DNA from: Mobula hypostoma
Taxonomy: Eukaryota
Assembly: GCF_963921235.1 (NCBI RefSeq)
Contig: NC_086098.1
Location: 5,766,001-5,830,000, forward strand
Length of the DNA stretch: 64,000 nt
Direction: 5' to 3'
The notes beneath the pieces are model-generated. The model did not search any database, was not told where the DNA came from, and saw only the letters and a program-made list of their open reading frames with translations. The translations under genes and the position numbers were made by a program. Below, in pieces: positions 24,941 to 38,570 of this stretch (position 1 is its first letter; every line of letters begins with the position of its first letter).

Positions 24941-25199
24941 TTTTAATGTTCTAGCTAAAAATTATATGTTATAATTCCTTAAGACATTACAATTATCCCC
25001 AAATGCACTGTTTTTGCTTTAAGTTGGTGTAATTAGCTTTCTATCAAGCTGGTGAACTGACCTGAGTTGAAGATATTCCTCACAGGAAATTTGGCCATAG
25101 TGGTCTTTGCTCTACTTTTCTGCAGACACAGCATTTTGCTCTACTTTTCTGCAGACACAGCATTTTAGGGAAATCAAGTCATTATAAAATTGAATGCCT

Positions 25200-25745
25200 T
25201 TTCTGTGGAGAGCATTCTGACAGGCTGCATCACTGTCTGGTATGGAGGGGCTACTGCACAGGACTGAAAGAAGCTGCAGAAGGTTGTAAATCTAGTCAGC
25301 CCCATCTTGGGTACTAGCCTACAAAGTACCCAGGACATCTTTAGAAAGCGGTGTCTCAGAAAGGCAGTATCCATTATTAAGGACCTCCAGCACCCAGGGC
25401 ATGCCCTTTTCTCACTGTTACCATCAGGTAGGAGATACAGAAGCCTGAAGGCACACACTCAGTGATTCAGGAACAGCTTCTTCCCCTCTGCCATCCGATT
25501 CCTGAATGGACATTGAAGCTTCGGTCACTACTTCACTTTTTTAATATACAGTATTTCAGTTTTTGCACATTTTTTTGTAATCTATTCAATATATGTAATT
25601 GATTTACTTGTTTATTTATTATTTATTCATTTATTAGTATTTTTTCTCTGCTAGATTATGTATTGCATTGAACTGCTGCTGCTAAGTTAACAAATTTCAC
25701 ATCACATGCCAGTGATAATAAACCTGATTCTGATTCTGATTCTAA
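25200..25745 (+). mobile_element. Rex1/Babar 3' fragment
   Basis: VESILTGCITVWYGGATAQD.KKLQKVV..DLQHPGHALFSLLPSGRRYRSL and a (tctgat)n tail. Confidence 0.88.
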
Positions 25746-25759
25746 TTCCCACTCTAATA

Positions 25760-26882
25760 GCTTACAGTGGAGACACGTCTCTACAAAGGAGGTGTAAGGC
25801 ACTGCTTCCCCCTATGAGCCTGCAGGTCACTACTGGGTAAGGCTCAGCACTTGCTTAGCAACCCCCCCCCCCCAATGCAATCAGGGTCTTGAGAAGCCAT
25901 GGGAGTAGGTGGTGGATGGTCATACGAGCAGCTGATGTGTATCACAGATCCTGGTTATGTGACCACTGATACCAGGCAGACAATATCTGAATTGTTTTTT
26001 GCAGTATATCAGTGATTTAGATGATGGAATAGATGGCTTTGTTGCCAAGTTTTCAGATGATACGAAGGTTGGTGGTGGGTCAGATAGTGTTGAAGAAACA
26101 GGAAGGCTGCAGAAGGACTTAGACAGAATAGGAGAATGGACAAGAAAGTGACAAATGAAATACAGTGTTGGAAAATGCATGGTCATGCACTTTGGGAGGA
26201 GAAATGGATGTGCGGTTTATTTTCTAAATGGGGAAATATCCAAACATCTGAGATGGAAAGGGACTTGGAAATCCTTGTGCTGAAGATCTTAAAGGTTAGC
26301 CTGCAGTTTGAGTGAGTGGTGAGGAAGAAGCCTAGAGTACAAGAGCAGGGATGTGATGCTGATGTTTTATAAGGCACTGGTGAGGCCTCACCTTGAGTAT
26401 TATGTACAGTTTTGGGCTCCTCATCTAAGAAAAAAATGTGTCTGCATTGGAGAGGGTTTAGAGGAGGTTCATAAGGATGATTCCAGGAATGAAGGGGTCA
26501 TGAAACAGGAACGTTTGATTGCTCTGGGCCTGAACTTGCTGGAATTCAGAAGGATGAGGGGGGATCTCAATGAAACCTTTCAAATGTTGAAAGGCCTAGA
26601 TAGAGCCAATGTAGATAGGTTCTTGATTGGCCACAGCATCAAAGGGAGAAGGCCAGGGAGGAGCTGAGGAGGAGAAACAAGGATCAGCCCTGACTGAATG
26701 GTGGAACAGACTCAATGTGCCAAATAACCTAATTCTACTCCTATGTCCTATGATCTTATGGTCACCCATCTTGTAAAGACAATGCCCAGAAGAAGGCAAT
26801 GGCAAACCACTTCTGCAGAAATATTTGTCAAGGACAAACATGGAAAGACCATGGTAGCCCAGTGCATAGTGATGATGATGAA
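25760..26882 (+). mobile_element. RTE/BovB-like short element with a nested CR1 (about 25995-26762)
   Basis: The 3' part has gaaggcaatggcaaaccacttctg (Bov-A-like motif) and a (gat)n tail. The nested CR1 shows KFSDDTK and LVRPHLEYYVQFWAP. Confidence 0.6.
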
Positions 26883-27195
26883 TAGCCTTTCAGGTCAAGT
26901 ATGGTGCAACGACAAGAACTGGCTAGCACCTTCAGAAGGGAGAATAATTACATCATCTATTGACTTGATTAGACAGTAATATTTGGATAATTGACTATTT
27001 AAACTTTATTTGGAAAGCATCACCTGCCTTGTCAATCTTTCCAAATATCTGACAATTACACATCTCCCTTGTGCTCACTCCAGCTTAATCACTTCTTTCA
27101 GATATTCTGACTGTCACACTGAAGGTATTGCTTGAGATCTGTTGTTTTATATGAGGTGTGGAATTAAGGTTCTAAAGTATCTTTTAAGAAATATA

Positions 27196-27690
27196 CTCAG
27201 TGGTCAGTTTATTAGGTACAGGAGTGGAACCTGGTGTGTTTTCTGCTGCTGTAGCCCATTCATTTCAAGGTTGAAAGTGTTGTGCGTTCAGAGATACTCT
27301 TCTCACAGGAACAGCCTATTTTATGGTCTTATGGTCTTCTGCACACCACTGTTGTAACCGTGTAACATGTGGAGATTTGAGTTACCTTCCTGTCAGCTTG
27401 AACCAGTCTGGGCATTGTCCTCTGACCTCCCTCATTTTCACCCACAGAACAACTTAATGGAGGTCTTTTTTGTTTGTTTTTTGCACCATTCCCCATAAAC
27501 TCCAGGGACTGTTATACGTGAAAATCCCAGGGAGTTCAGCAGTTTCTGAGATACTCAAACCACCCCATCTGGCACCAATAATAACTCCACACTCAAAGTC
27601 ACTTAGATCACATTTCTTCCCCATTCTGATTTTTGGTCTGAACAACAACTGAACTCTTTACCGTGTCTGCATGCTTTATGCATTGGGTTG
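27196..27690 (-). mobile_element. Non-autonomous Tc1 derivative
   Basis: TIR ctcagtggtcagtttattaggtac and MGKKCDLSDFECGVIIGARWGGLSISETA. Same family as 11740-12500 and 46083-46595. Confidence 0.82.
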
Positions 27691-27694
27691 CAGT

Positions 27695-28220
27695 CTGCAA
27701 TGCAACACCAATGCCTTTGAATGGAAAATCTTACAAAGGGTAATGGATTCGGCCCATTACATCATAGGTAAATCCTTCCAAACCATTGAGTACATCAACA
27801 TGAAACACTGTCATAGGAAAACAGGATCTATCATCAGAGATTGCCACTATCCAGCGCATACTCTTTCTTGCAGGTAGAAGGTACAAGAACCTCTGGACTC
27901 GCACCACCAGTTTCAGGAACAATTACTGCCTCCTAGCCATCAGGCTCTTGAACAAAAGGGGATAACTACACTCACTTGCCCCATCAGTGAATGTTCTCAC
28001 AACCAATGATCTCACTTTAAGGACTCCTAATCTCATTATCTCATGTTCTTTGCTATTTATGTATATTTGCATTCGCACAGTTTATTGTCTTCTGATCTCT
28101 GGCTGATCTTCCATTGCCCTTTTCTATAGATTTGCTGAGTATGCCCACAGGGATATGAAGCTCAGGGTGGTATATGGTGACATAGAAATACTTTGATAAT
28201 AAATTTATTTTGAACTTTGT
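27695..28220 (+). mobile_element. Rex1/Babar 3' fragment
   Basis: LQRVMDSAHYII..IIRDCHYPAH, then caccaccagtttcaggaacaattact and a (ttgaac)-type tail. Confidence 0.7.
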
Positions 28221-29138
28221 ACATTACTGATTTTATTTCATACATTTCTGGGTTACAGCTCTTTAAGTGCTTATTCACATACATTTAAAAGTGATGAGCC
28301 TTACTGTCTCGAAGCAGTGACTTCCAGATGCTCGCTAATCTTCTGGTGATGAATGCTCTCCTCAGTTCTCCTCTAATCTTTCTATCAGTTAACTTAAATT
28401 TAGTTCGCCCAAGTGATTAACCCCTCTGTTCATCTCATTTAGGTCTCTCATAATTCTTATATACAGCAATTAAAATGTCAGCTAAAACAAAACAACAGCA
28501 GCCTAGCCAAAGTCTCCACATATCTAAAACCCATCAACTTCTCTCGTTCCTCCCTGTAGTATGCTAATTACACATGGTACTCTGGCTGTGGCCTGACTAA
28601 TGTTTATGATCACCCTAGCACAAATATTGCTAACTTTCAGAATATGTAAACATCTTTTGGGGTAACATGGTAGCACAGTGGTTAGCACATTGATTTACAA
28701 AACCATTGACCCATATAACCATATAACAATTACAGCACCGAAACAGGCCATCTCAGCCCTTCTAGTCCGTGCCGAACTCTTACTCTCACCTAGTCCCACC
28801 GACCTGCACTCAGCCCATAACCCTCCATTCCTTTCCTGTCCATATATCTATCCAATTTAACTTTAAATGACAACATCGAACCTGCCTCAACCACTTCTGC
28901 TGGAAGCTCGTTCCACACAGCTACCACTCTCTGAGTAAAGAAGTTCCCCCTCATGTTACCCCTAAACTTTTGCCCTTTAACTCTCAACTCAGGTTCAATT
29001 TCTGCCGCTGCCTCTACGGAGTTTGTTCATTCTCTCCGTGACCATGTGGGTTTCCTCCAGGTGCTCTGGTTTCCTCCAACAGTCCAAAGACATATCAGTT
29101 GGTAATTTAATTGTTCTCTGATCACACTAGGTTAAATA

Positions 29139-29622
29139 CAAGGAGTGATTGATAAGTTCGTGGCCTAAGGTAGAAGGAGTCAGTTTTAGAAAACCTAGCA
29201 CATTTATTTTTCAACATAATCTCCCCCTATATTTACACACTTAGTCCAGTGGTTGTGGAGCACATGGATGTTGGACCTCCAGGAAGTGTCCACGGATGGG
29301 TGATTGATAGGTTTGTGGCCTAAGGTAGAAGGAGATGAGTTGTACGGTTGTACAGCTCTCGTTAGATGCACATACAGGTCAACTCTTTGAGTGATTATTC
29401 AGAAAGTTTGAAGTGAAGAACTCATCTCCTTCTACCTTAGGCCATGAACTTATCAATCACCCCTACTGTGGACACCTTCTGGAGGTCCAAGATCCGTGTG
29501 CTCCACGACCGCTGCACTAAGTGTGTAAATGTAGGAGGGGACTATGTTGAAAAATAAATGTGCTAGGTTTTCTAAAATTGACTCCTTCTACCTTAGGCCA
29601 CAAACTTATCAATCACCCCTGG
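29139..29622. mobile_element. Mariner-type MITE with about 200-bp TIRs, each holding an internal direct repeat
   Basis: TA flanks (29137-29138, 29623-29624). gtgattgataagtt.gtggcctaaggtagaaggag occurs twice in the left arm and twice inverted in the right arm. Inserted into a V-SINE. Confidence 0.88.
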
Positions 29623-29704
29623 TAGCTGGGTGCTGGGTGTTCGGCTCGAGGGACTGGGAGAGCCTGTTCCACACTGTATCTCAATAAATAAACAAAATTA
29701 ATGA

Positions 29705-30160
29705 ATGCAAGAGATTCTGAAAATGCTGAAAGTCTAGACCAAAACACACAAGGTGCTGGAGGAACTCAGCAGGTCAGGCAGCATCTGTGGAGGGGAATAA
29801 ATAGTTGACATTTTGGCCCAAGACCATTTATCAGGACTGGGAAAGGAAGGGGTCAGAAGCCAGGAAAAGGAATCTGGGGGAGGGAAAGCAGCACAATTTG
29901 GCAGCTAATAGGTGAGACCAGGTGAGGGGGAAGATAGGTGGATGGAGAGGGGGAATGAACTGAGAAACTGGCAGGTGATAGGTGGGAGAGGTAAAAAGGC
30001 TGAACAAGAAGGAATCTGGTAGGAGAGACAAGTGGACCATGGGAGAAAGAGAAGGACGAGAACCAGAGGAGGGTGATGGGCAGGGGAGAAGACAAGAGGT
30101 GAGGGGGGAGCCAGAATGGAGAATGGATATAAAGAGAAGGACAAGAGGGGAGAAATTATC
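29705..30160 (-). mobile_element. Penelope-like 3' region / pseudo-LTR
   Basis: ggaggaactcagcaggtcaggcagcatct; decayed hammerhead (reverse complement ccagtcctgataaatggtcttgggccaaaatgtcaact); purine-rich tract homologous to 48660-49110. Confidence 0.75.
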
Positions 30161-31419
30161 AATACATTGGAACTGGTTCTGGCTGAGGAAGATGTTTTGG
30201 GGAAATTGAGCACCTTCTTCTGCGGAAGAAGTCTGTAGGGACCAGCTTAAGGTGTTATCTCAGGGCCCACACCTCATACAAAGTAACATTCCTCAGAAGG
30301 TGGTGAATCTGTGGAATTATTTGCCAAGGACAGCTGTGGAGGCCCAGTCAATGGGTATATTTAATGCAGGAGGTCAAATGTTACAGAGAGGAGGCGAGAG
30401 AATGGGTTTGAGAGGAATAATAAATCAGCCATGATGGAATGGCAGAGCAGACTCAATGGGCCGAATTGGCTAATTTTGCTCCAGTGTATGATGGTCTAAG
30501 TTCAATTATGTGAAAGACACTATTTAAATTAAATTCCTTTTTCATTTTGCCAGAATAAATTAGCATATTATTAATCAGTTTTGAATATATTCAATGATCA
30601 TACTATCCAATCTAAGTGATATGATAAACTGAATTATAGTATTTACTTTTAATTAATTTTTAAATCTGCACTTAGAACTGCAAATAATTCCCTTATTGTG
30701 CTTTGCAGTCAATCACGTGACACTATTATTCTTTAACAATAATGTCATAATGACCTCTAAATCATAAGATCATGTCATTATAGTATTGCCCTGAACTGCC
30801 ATTACCATCTTTTAATTTGACTGCCCGTTGTATTCATTGTAATGTGTTTTATAGATGGTAGAAACTAAGTATATGGATATAATTTAATTCAAAACTTCAG
30901 ATGATGTTCATGAATCACTCAGACTCTGCATTTATGGCCTTTGATACCATCTGAAGCTCTTGATTAAATTGAAAGCTTATTACTTGCTTGGCGTCATCTA
31001 TAATTTCCTTTCTGCTCTTTGTGCAGAAAAGCACAGCTCTAAATAAAGCTACTTTTTTCTCAGCATGACAACAAACTGACAGGGTGACAGGCTGGAAGAT
31101 GAGCACTTGGACAGCAAGCTGTTTACTGTTTTCCTGTGCTGCACACTATCTACATTTTGAATTGTATTTTATTAACTTCCACGTGGTAATATTTTATGTA
31201 CTGTGTGTGATACATGCTTTGCAGGTATACCATGGTCCGGATGAACAATGTTTTGTTTGGTTGTACAATACTGAGCAAAACCCTCAGACACAATATATAC
31301 CGAAGGTGTCTAAGACTTTTGCACAGCCCTGTAGTAATTTTATGTATTGCACTGTACTGGAACTGCAAGAAAAAACAAACTTCATGACACGTGAGTGAAG
31401 ATAAACCAGATTCTGATAT

Positions 31420-31880
31420 GATTTCATATGATGAAAGACTGGATCGACTAGGCTTATACTCATTGGAATTTAGAAGATTGAGGGGGGATCTTATTGAAAC
31501 GTATAAAATCCTAAAGGGATTGGACAGGCTAGATGCAGGAAGATTGTTCCCGATATTGGGGAAGTCCAGAACGAGGGGTCACAGTTTGAGGATAAAGGGG
31601 AAGCCTTTTAGGACCAAGATGAGGAAAAAACTTCTTCACACAGAGAGTGGTGAATCTGTGGAATTCTCTGCCACAGGAAAGAGTTGAGGCCAGTTCATTG
31701 GCTATATTTAAGAGGGAGTTAGATATGGCCCTTGTGGCTAAAGGGATCAGGGGGTATGGAGAGAAGGCAGGTACAGGGTTCTGAGTTGGATGATCAGCCA
31801 TGATCATACTGAACGGCGGTGCAGGCTCGAAGGGCCAAATGGCCTACTCCTGCACCTATTTTCTATGTTGTTATGTTTCT
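31420..31880 (+). mobile_element. CR1 3' fragment (same subfamily as 20020-20852)
   Basis: SYDERLDRLGLYSLEFRRLRGDLIETYKILKG; near-identical 3' UTR. Confidence 0.92.
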
Positions 31881-32519
31881 ATGAGTCTCTATTGTGGACT
31901 GAGAGTGGGAAGGGGGCAGGGAGAGGGGAATCATAGTTGGGAAAAGGGGAAGGGAGAGGGGAGGAAACAGGAAGCACCAAAGATATCAATAAGCCAATTG
32001 TTTGGAATCTTATCATCCTGTCTGGTGTCTTAGGGCTGGTGTGTCTACACCTGTGCCACCGTACCCACCCCTATTACTGGGGCCATTCCAGAGTTTGGAG
32101 TTCTATTCCCGCTCCGTCTGTAAGGAGCTTGTATATTCTCCCCACGGATCTCGTGGGTTTCCTCTGGGTGCTCCAGTTTCCTTCCACGGTCCAAAAATAT
32201 ACTAATTAGTAGGTTAATTGGTCATTGTAAATTGTCCTGTCATGAGGCTAGGGTTGAATCGGTGTGTTGCTGGGTAGTGTGTTTCACTGGGCTGGAGGGC
32301 CTGTTCTGCACTGTATCTCTACATAAAATAAACAAGTTGAATTTCCAAGATCCCAAAGATGTAAGGGTAAGTAGATTATTGGTCACATGGGCGTATTTGG
32401 GCAATGCGGTCTTATTGAACTCGATAGGTCTGTTTATTTGTTCTAACTCTAAATAAAGTAAAAGTTAAAATATTGAAATAAATCAATTTTAACCAGTCTG
32501 CTGTAGGAAACAATGACTG

Positions 32520-32755
32520 GATTTTGGCTTCTTCACAATTTTAAGAGGGAAGAGGAGGGAAAAGAAATACCAGAAGGAGGAAATGAAATTCATGCCATTA
32601 GATGGAATACAGGGTGTTGCTCCTTCACCCTGACGGTGGCCTCATCTTGGTGCAAGAGGAGGCCATGGACCAAAATGTCGGAACAGGAATGGGGATAGGA
32701 ATTAAAATGTTTGGTCACCAGGAAATTCTGCTTTTGGCAGCTGGTGCACAGATGC
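32520..32755 (-). mobile_element. Penelope GIY-YIG-region fragment
   Basis: KHFNSYPHSCSDILVHGLL..QDEATVRVKEQH.VFHL. Confidence 0.65.
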
Positions 32756-34215
32756 TTTTCTCTTTCGATATTTTTATGTTTCTGCATAGAAGAATACAGA
32801 GTACAAGAAGATATATATTACGTCAAAAGAAAAAAATAAAATGGTACCAAATACATTATATTAAAAATACAATTACAATCACAAAACCCTGTATTCATAA
32901 AAATTAAATTAAATCGTAATATTGAAATATAATGATTTTGTTATACAGAAAAAAAAACCTAAACCCACTACCAAAGTCAGACCTGTTAGGAGAAGCAAGA
33001 AAAAAGGGGAAAAAAAACCCTTATCATATAATAAAATATATCATTAGCCACCATCTGTACTTTTGCAACAAATCAAAGGTTTTGAAAATAACTCAAAAAT
33101 GGTCCCCACAATGTATAAAAGTCTTGGCTAGATTCAAAAACTGAACAACAGATCTTCTATAGATTTAAGCGTGACATAACATCACGTAACCATTGAGCGT
33201 AAGTAGGCAGAACAGCACCCTTCCATTTAAGCAAGAGCTCCCTCCTAGTTATAAAAGCAAAAATATGCAAATCAGGTGTCTCCAAAATAAAGTCTTTTCC
33301 TTCAACAATACCAAATAATGTGGCCAAAGGGTTAGGCTTAAAATTTACCTTGAAAAGTACCAAGAAAGAATACTTCCTTCCAGTATCTTTCAAGGCTCGG
33401 ACATGTCCAAGATGTGAATTAATGAAGCTTCTCCATTATTATACCTGTCACAGAAAGGAGACAATATCTGAATAAAAATGAGATAGCTGATATTTAGACA
33501 TGTGACCCCTCTGAACCACCTTAAACTGTAAGGGGGAATAACGGGCACACAATGATGAAGTGTTAACCAAATTAAAAATTTCATTCCAAGTTTCCTCAGA
33601 GATTGAAGTCTGTAAATTTTGTTCCCAAAGATTTTCCCAATGAGCATTTCTCATTCCTAGCAACATACCATAAATATTGGATATTGAACCATTATAAAAA
33701 GGTTTCATATTAAAATTACATCTAATAAGTCCTTATCGGAACTTACAGGAAATGTATATAGTTGAGAATGCAGAGAATCTCTAATTTGTAAATAACGAGA
33801 AAAGTGAGTTTTGGGTAAACTATATTTAGCCGACATTGGCTCAAACAAAGGAAGACTTCCTCCACAAACAAATCCTGGAAGCATTTAATACCCAGTCTGT
33901 CCCATTCTTTAAAAACTGTATCGGTCATTGAAGGTTTAAAAAAATATTTAGAACAAATGGGACTAGACAAAGAAAATCTCAATAGACCAAAGAATTTCCT
34001 AATTGTACCCAGATCCTCAAAGTATATTTAACTACCAAATTTTCAGTTAATTTACTAAAGGGTAAAGGGAATGAGGATCTGAGAAGAGAAATAATAGAAA
34101 ATTTATTAACAGAGTTAGCTTCTAAAGAAACCCACATCGGACAGTCCTCATGGTTAATATAATATGTCCAAAACGTAAGACAACCCCAACAGATTCACAG
34201 GTAAATTTTTGCCTC
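32756..34215 (-). mobile_element. L1-clade LINE ORF2 C-terminal fragment
   Basis: FKEWDRLGIKCFQDLF, WEQNLQTSISEETW..SSLCARYS.LQFKVV.R, ILLKWK..PTYAQWLRDVM..L.L; many frameshifts. Confidence 0.8.
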
Positions 34216-34249
34216 GTCAGGAAGGTCTGTTTGGAGCCCTGGATGGAAG

Positions 34250-35015
34250 TAAGCAGTCTGAACATGGAGAAGACTAAGGGAATCATTGTGGACTTCAGGA
34301 AGGTGCAGATGAACCATCCCTTCTGCAAATGCATGGCTCCTCCTTAAGGGCACCAAATTCCTGGGAGTTCATATCACAGACGACCTCAACAATTCTCTTA
34401 ATATCACCTCCCTGAACAGAAATGCAGAGCAGCGCCTCCACTTCCTGAGGAAATTGAGGCAAGCGAGACTCCCCAACCCAACTTAACTCCATTTTATAAC
34501 AGTGTCATTGAGAGTGTCCTGACAAGTTGCATCTCCATCTGGTCTGGGAGTAGCTGAGTGTTGGACCAGAAGTCCCTACAAAGGACTGTGAGAATGGCTG
34601 AGAGGATCATAAGGATCTACCTACCATCTGTCAGGGACATTTATCAGGAGTGCTGTGTACACTGGGCCCTGAGTATTATTATGAATCCCAGCCATCCATC
34701 CAGCATCCTCTTTGACTTTCTACTATCAGGCAGGAAACTATGATGCATAAAGATAAGAACAGTTAGGATGAGAAACAGTTTCTTCCCCCAGGCTTCTGAA
34801 TTCTCAGCTGCATCACTTTCAAAGGGTCACTGGTTAATCAGTTCTGTATTTTACATTATTTAATTTATGCACTTTACTTTGTTTATTTATGTGTGATTCA
34901 TTTGCCGATTTTATCCTTACTTTCATAAATTATTGTGTGTTGTGTGTACCCTGGTTCTGAGAAATGTTGTCTCATTTATGGTCTACATGTAAATAGTTAA
35001 ATGACAATAACTTGA
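34250..35015 (+). mobile_element. Rex1/Babar 3' fragment
   Basis: LNMEKTKGIIVDFRK, KFLGVHITDDL, QRLHFLRKLR, LQRTVRMAERII. Confidence 0.82.
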
Positions 35016-35019
35016 CTTG

Positions 35020-36680
35020 AAGTGGATGGGCAGGTGTAGCATTTCTGTCTCTTGCAGAGAGATGTGCCCGGAGGGAGATTAGTGGGGAGGGACAAATTGT
35101 CAAGGGAATCACAGAGGAAACAACCACTGTGAAAGGCGGAGAGCAGGAGGTAAAGTTGTGATTTGTGCTAGGGTACCGTTGAAGATGGTGGAGGTTGCGG
35201 AGAATATGTTGGATGCAGAAGCTCATGAGGTGGTAGGTGAGGACAAGGGCAACTCTATTCCTGTTAAGGCAGTAGGAAGACAGGGTGGGTGTGGATGTCT
35301 GGGAAATGGAGAAGATGTGGGTGAAGACAGCATCAATGATGGAGGGAGGGAAACCCAGTTCTTTGAAGAAGAAGGATATCGCTGAACTGCTGGAATGGAA
35401 AGCCTCATCCTGGAAACAGATACATGGTAAATAGTCGGGCATTGAGGAACGCAGTAGAACAGAGGGATCTAGCAATAATGGTGCATTGTTCCCTGAAGGT
35501 GGAATCTCATGTGGATAGGGTGGTGAAGAAAGTTTTTGGTATGCTGGCCTTTATAAATCAGAACATTGAGTATGGGAGTTGGGAGGTAATGTTGAAATTG
35601 TACAAGGCATTGCTGAGGCCAAATGTGGAGTATTGTATATAGTTTTGGTCACCGAATTATAGGAACAATGTCAACAAAATTGAGAGAGTACAGAGAAGAT
35701 TTACTAGAATGTTACCTGGGTTTCATCACTTAAGTTACAGAGAAAGGTTGAACAAGTTGGGCCTTTGTTCTTTGGAACGTAGAAGCTTGAGGGGGGACTT
35801 GATAGAGGTATTTAAAATTATGAGGGGGATAGATAGCGTTGACGTGGATAGGCTTTTTCCTTTGAGTGTGGGGGAGATTCAAACAAGAGGACATGAGTTA
35901 AGAGTTAAAGGACAAAAGTTTAGGGGTAACATGAGGGGGGACTTCTTTACTCAGAGAGTGGTAGCTGTGTGGAATGAGCTTCCAGCAGAAGTGGTAGAGG
36001 CAGGTTCGATGTTGTAGTTTAAAGTTAAATTGGATAGATATATGGACTGAAAAGGAACGGAGGGTTATGGGCTGAGTGCAGGTCGGTGGGACTAGGTGAG
36101 AGTAAGAGTTCGGCATGGACTAGAAGGGCCGAGATGGCCTGTTTCCGTGCTGTAATTGTTATATGGTTAATATGGTATGTATGGAGACGAAGGAATTGAG
36201 AAAAGAGAATAGCATGTTTACAAGAGACAGCTTGGGAAGAGGTATAGTCAAGATAGGTGTAGGAATCAGTAGGTTTCTAAAAGATGTCAGTTGGCAGTTT
36301 GTCTCCAGAGATGAAGACAGTGAGATTGAGGAAGGGGAGAGAGGTGTCAGAAATGCGCCAAGTGAATTTACAGACAGGGTGAAAGTTGGAGGCAAAGTTG
36401 ATGAAATTGACGGGCTCAGCATAAGTGTCTAAAGCAGAACCAATGCAGTCGCCAGTGTAACGGAGGAAGAATCATAGAGAAGTACAGCACAGAAACTGGC
36501 CCTTCAGTCCATCTTGTCTGTGCAGAACCATTTAAACTGCGTTGGGGAGTATTACTGGGGAAGGCTTGGAACATAGTCTGTTCTATGTACCAAATGAAAA
36601 GGCATGCATTAGGGTTGGAGTTCATGTGGGTGCCCATGGCTACACCTTGGGAATAGAGAAAGTGAGAGTAGCCAAAATAG
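35020..36680 (-). mobile_element. Penelope-like element RT fragment, split by CR1 insertions
   Basis: GVAMGTHM..ACLFIWYIEQTMFQ at about 36540-36650; FLNLTVFISGDKL.TDIF.KPTDSY.YLDYTS; then FQDEAFHS..FFKELGFP..NRNRVALVLTYH. Confidence 0.78.
35423..36165 (+). mobile_element. CR1 LINE 3' fragment nested in the Penelope element
   Basis: EQRDLAIMVH..MRGDFFTQRVVAVWNELP. Same subfamily as minus-strand copies at 28712-28990 and 43848-44060. Confidence 0.9.
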
Positions 36681-37309
36681 GAGCTACAAGAACAATTATG
36701 GTCATGGAAAGACCATGATCACCCATGTCATACGACACGGTCCATAACAACACGATGCAGCCTCTTGTGAAGTGCTAAAACCTAATCTTCAATATCCTGG
36801 ACCAAACTGAACCCATTTCTGGGATCAATTAAATACTAATTTTCTTTCAACTTTCCATATTCTTCAATTACTCCCAATTTTCCTGTCTTAGCCTCAAGAT
36901 TAGGCCTCTGCACTTTTCTCAACTAAAAGGGTGAAGGTTTACTGCTGTTTCATGTCAAAGGTCACCTTTCTTCTTGGATTTCTATCTCGCAACACAACCT
37001 TGGACCTGGTTCTGCCCTATAGCTTGAGATATAAATGTTGTAAGATTTACTGATAGTAATCACCAATAGATTCAAATTCTTGGTTTAAAGAATAACTGCC
37101 CAGAGTTAAGCTGGGGTAATGTGTCAAGGAATAAGATCAGGCAATGAAGCATTTATGTCTAAATTATAGTACACACTTATACTTACTAGAAAGGAAATTC
37201 ACAATTGCAGCATTCACCACAATTACCATAGCAACTCTAGCTCGTTTATGGCAGGCACATATAAATTGACACAGAAAGACGAGTGAAGAATTGGATAAAA
37301 AAGGAAGAC

Positions 37310-37980
37310 AAGGAGATAAAGCTGGAGGAAGAGAGGAGCAAGATGGATCAGCTAGTTTGGTGTTGTCACAGCAACATTGCACTCAACGTAAGTAAGACAG
37401 AAGAACTGGTTGCAGACTTCCGAAAGTGTAAGATGAGGCAGTACACACCAGTCCTCATAAAAGGATCTGAAGTGGAAAGGGTGAACAATTTCAAATTCCT
37501 GGGTGTCAATATCTCTCTCTGTGGATCCAACCTGGGTCCAACATACCATTGCATATACAAAGAAGACACAACAGCATCTGTACTTCATTTGGAGTTTGAA
37601 GAGATTTGTTATGTCACCCAAAGCACTCTCAAATTTCTACAGATGTACTGTGGAGAGCATTCCAACTGGCTGCATCACCGTCTGGTATGGAGGCGGTGGG
37701 CGGGTGGTGGCTACTGTATAGGATCGAAATAAGGTGCAGAAAGTTGTAAACTTAGTCAGCTCTGTCAAAGGCACACCTTCTTTCCCTCTGCCGTCAGATT
37801 TCTGAATGGACATTGTACCCTTGAACACTACCTCACTACTTTTTTGTTTCTATTTTTGCACTATATATATATATATGTGTATTGATTATTATGTATTGCA
37901 TTGTACTGCTGTCACAAAATTACCAAGTTTCACGACATATGCCTGTGATATTAAACCTAATTCTGATTCTGATTCTGAAT
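37310..37980 (+). mobile_element. Rex1/Babar 3' fragment
   Basis: WCCHSNIALNVSKTEELVADFRK..FKFLGVNIS..FYRCTVESI.TGCITVWYG and a (tctgat)n tail. Confidence 0.85.
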
Positions 37981-38570
37981 AATAAAAGTAATAAATATGC
38001 ATAGATAGTGAGGGAAGAGATACACACAGACTTTGTTTCTCTGTGTGAGAAAAGCAATGGGAGATAAAATGATTTGGGGAAAAAGAGTGTTTATTATATC
38101 AGAGGAATTCATCACAAGAAAGCATGTCCCAAGGGCAAGAATTAATACAAAATAACAATGTATTCTGTTTGACTATTATTAGCTGGTACGTCCCAAAGAC
38201 AAATGACCCAGTTATAGGCACGATTATCCTACTAAAGTACAAAATTAGTTTTACAAAGGAGGCCATCCAAATATAGATAAAATTGAGGAGCTTACAAGAA
38301 CTATGTTTGCATTCTAAATGTGGAGAAGTTGGGAAGGCAATGCGGAAGGGGATCCTGATTAAGGAATATTTGTGAGAATCATGTCAATCAAGATTTTTTA
38401 CTGAGGGTGTAGGACTTTGCGAATAAAATACGCGAGAATCGTTTTATGTGCTTAACAACAGCTGCAGCCCTTCCATTATGAACAAAACCAAAAGCAGTCT
38501 CCTTACACTGACATCATTAGGTCAGACACCGCCTCTTAAAGTGAACACAAAAACTCAATGATGGTGTTTG

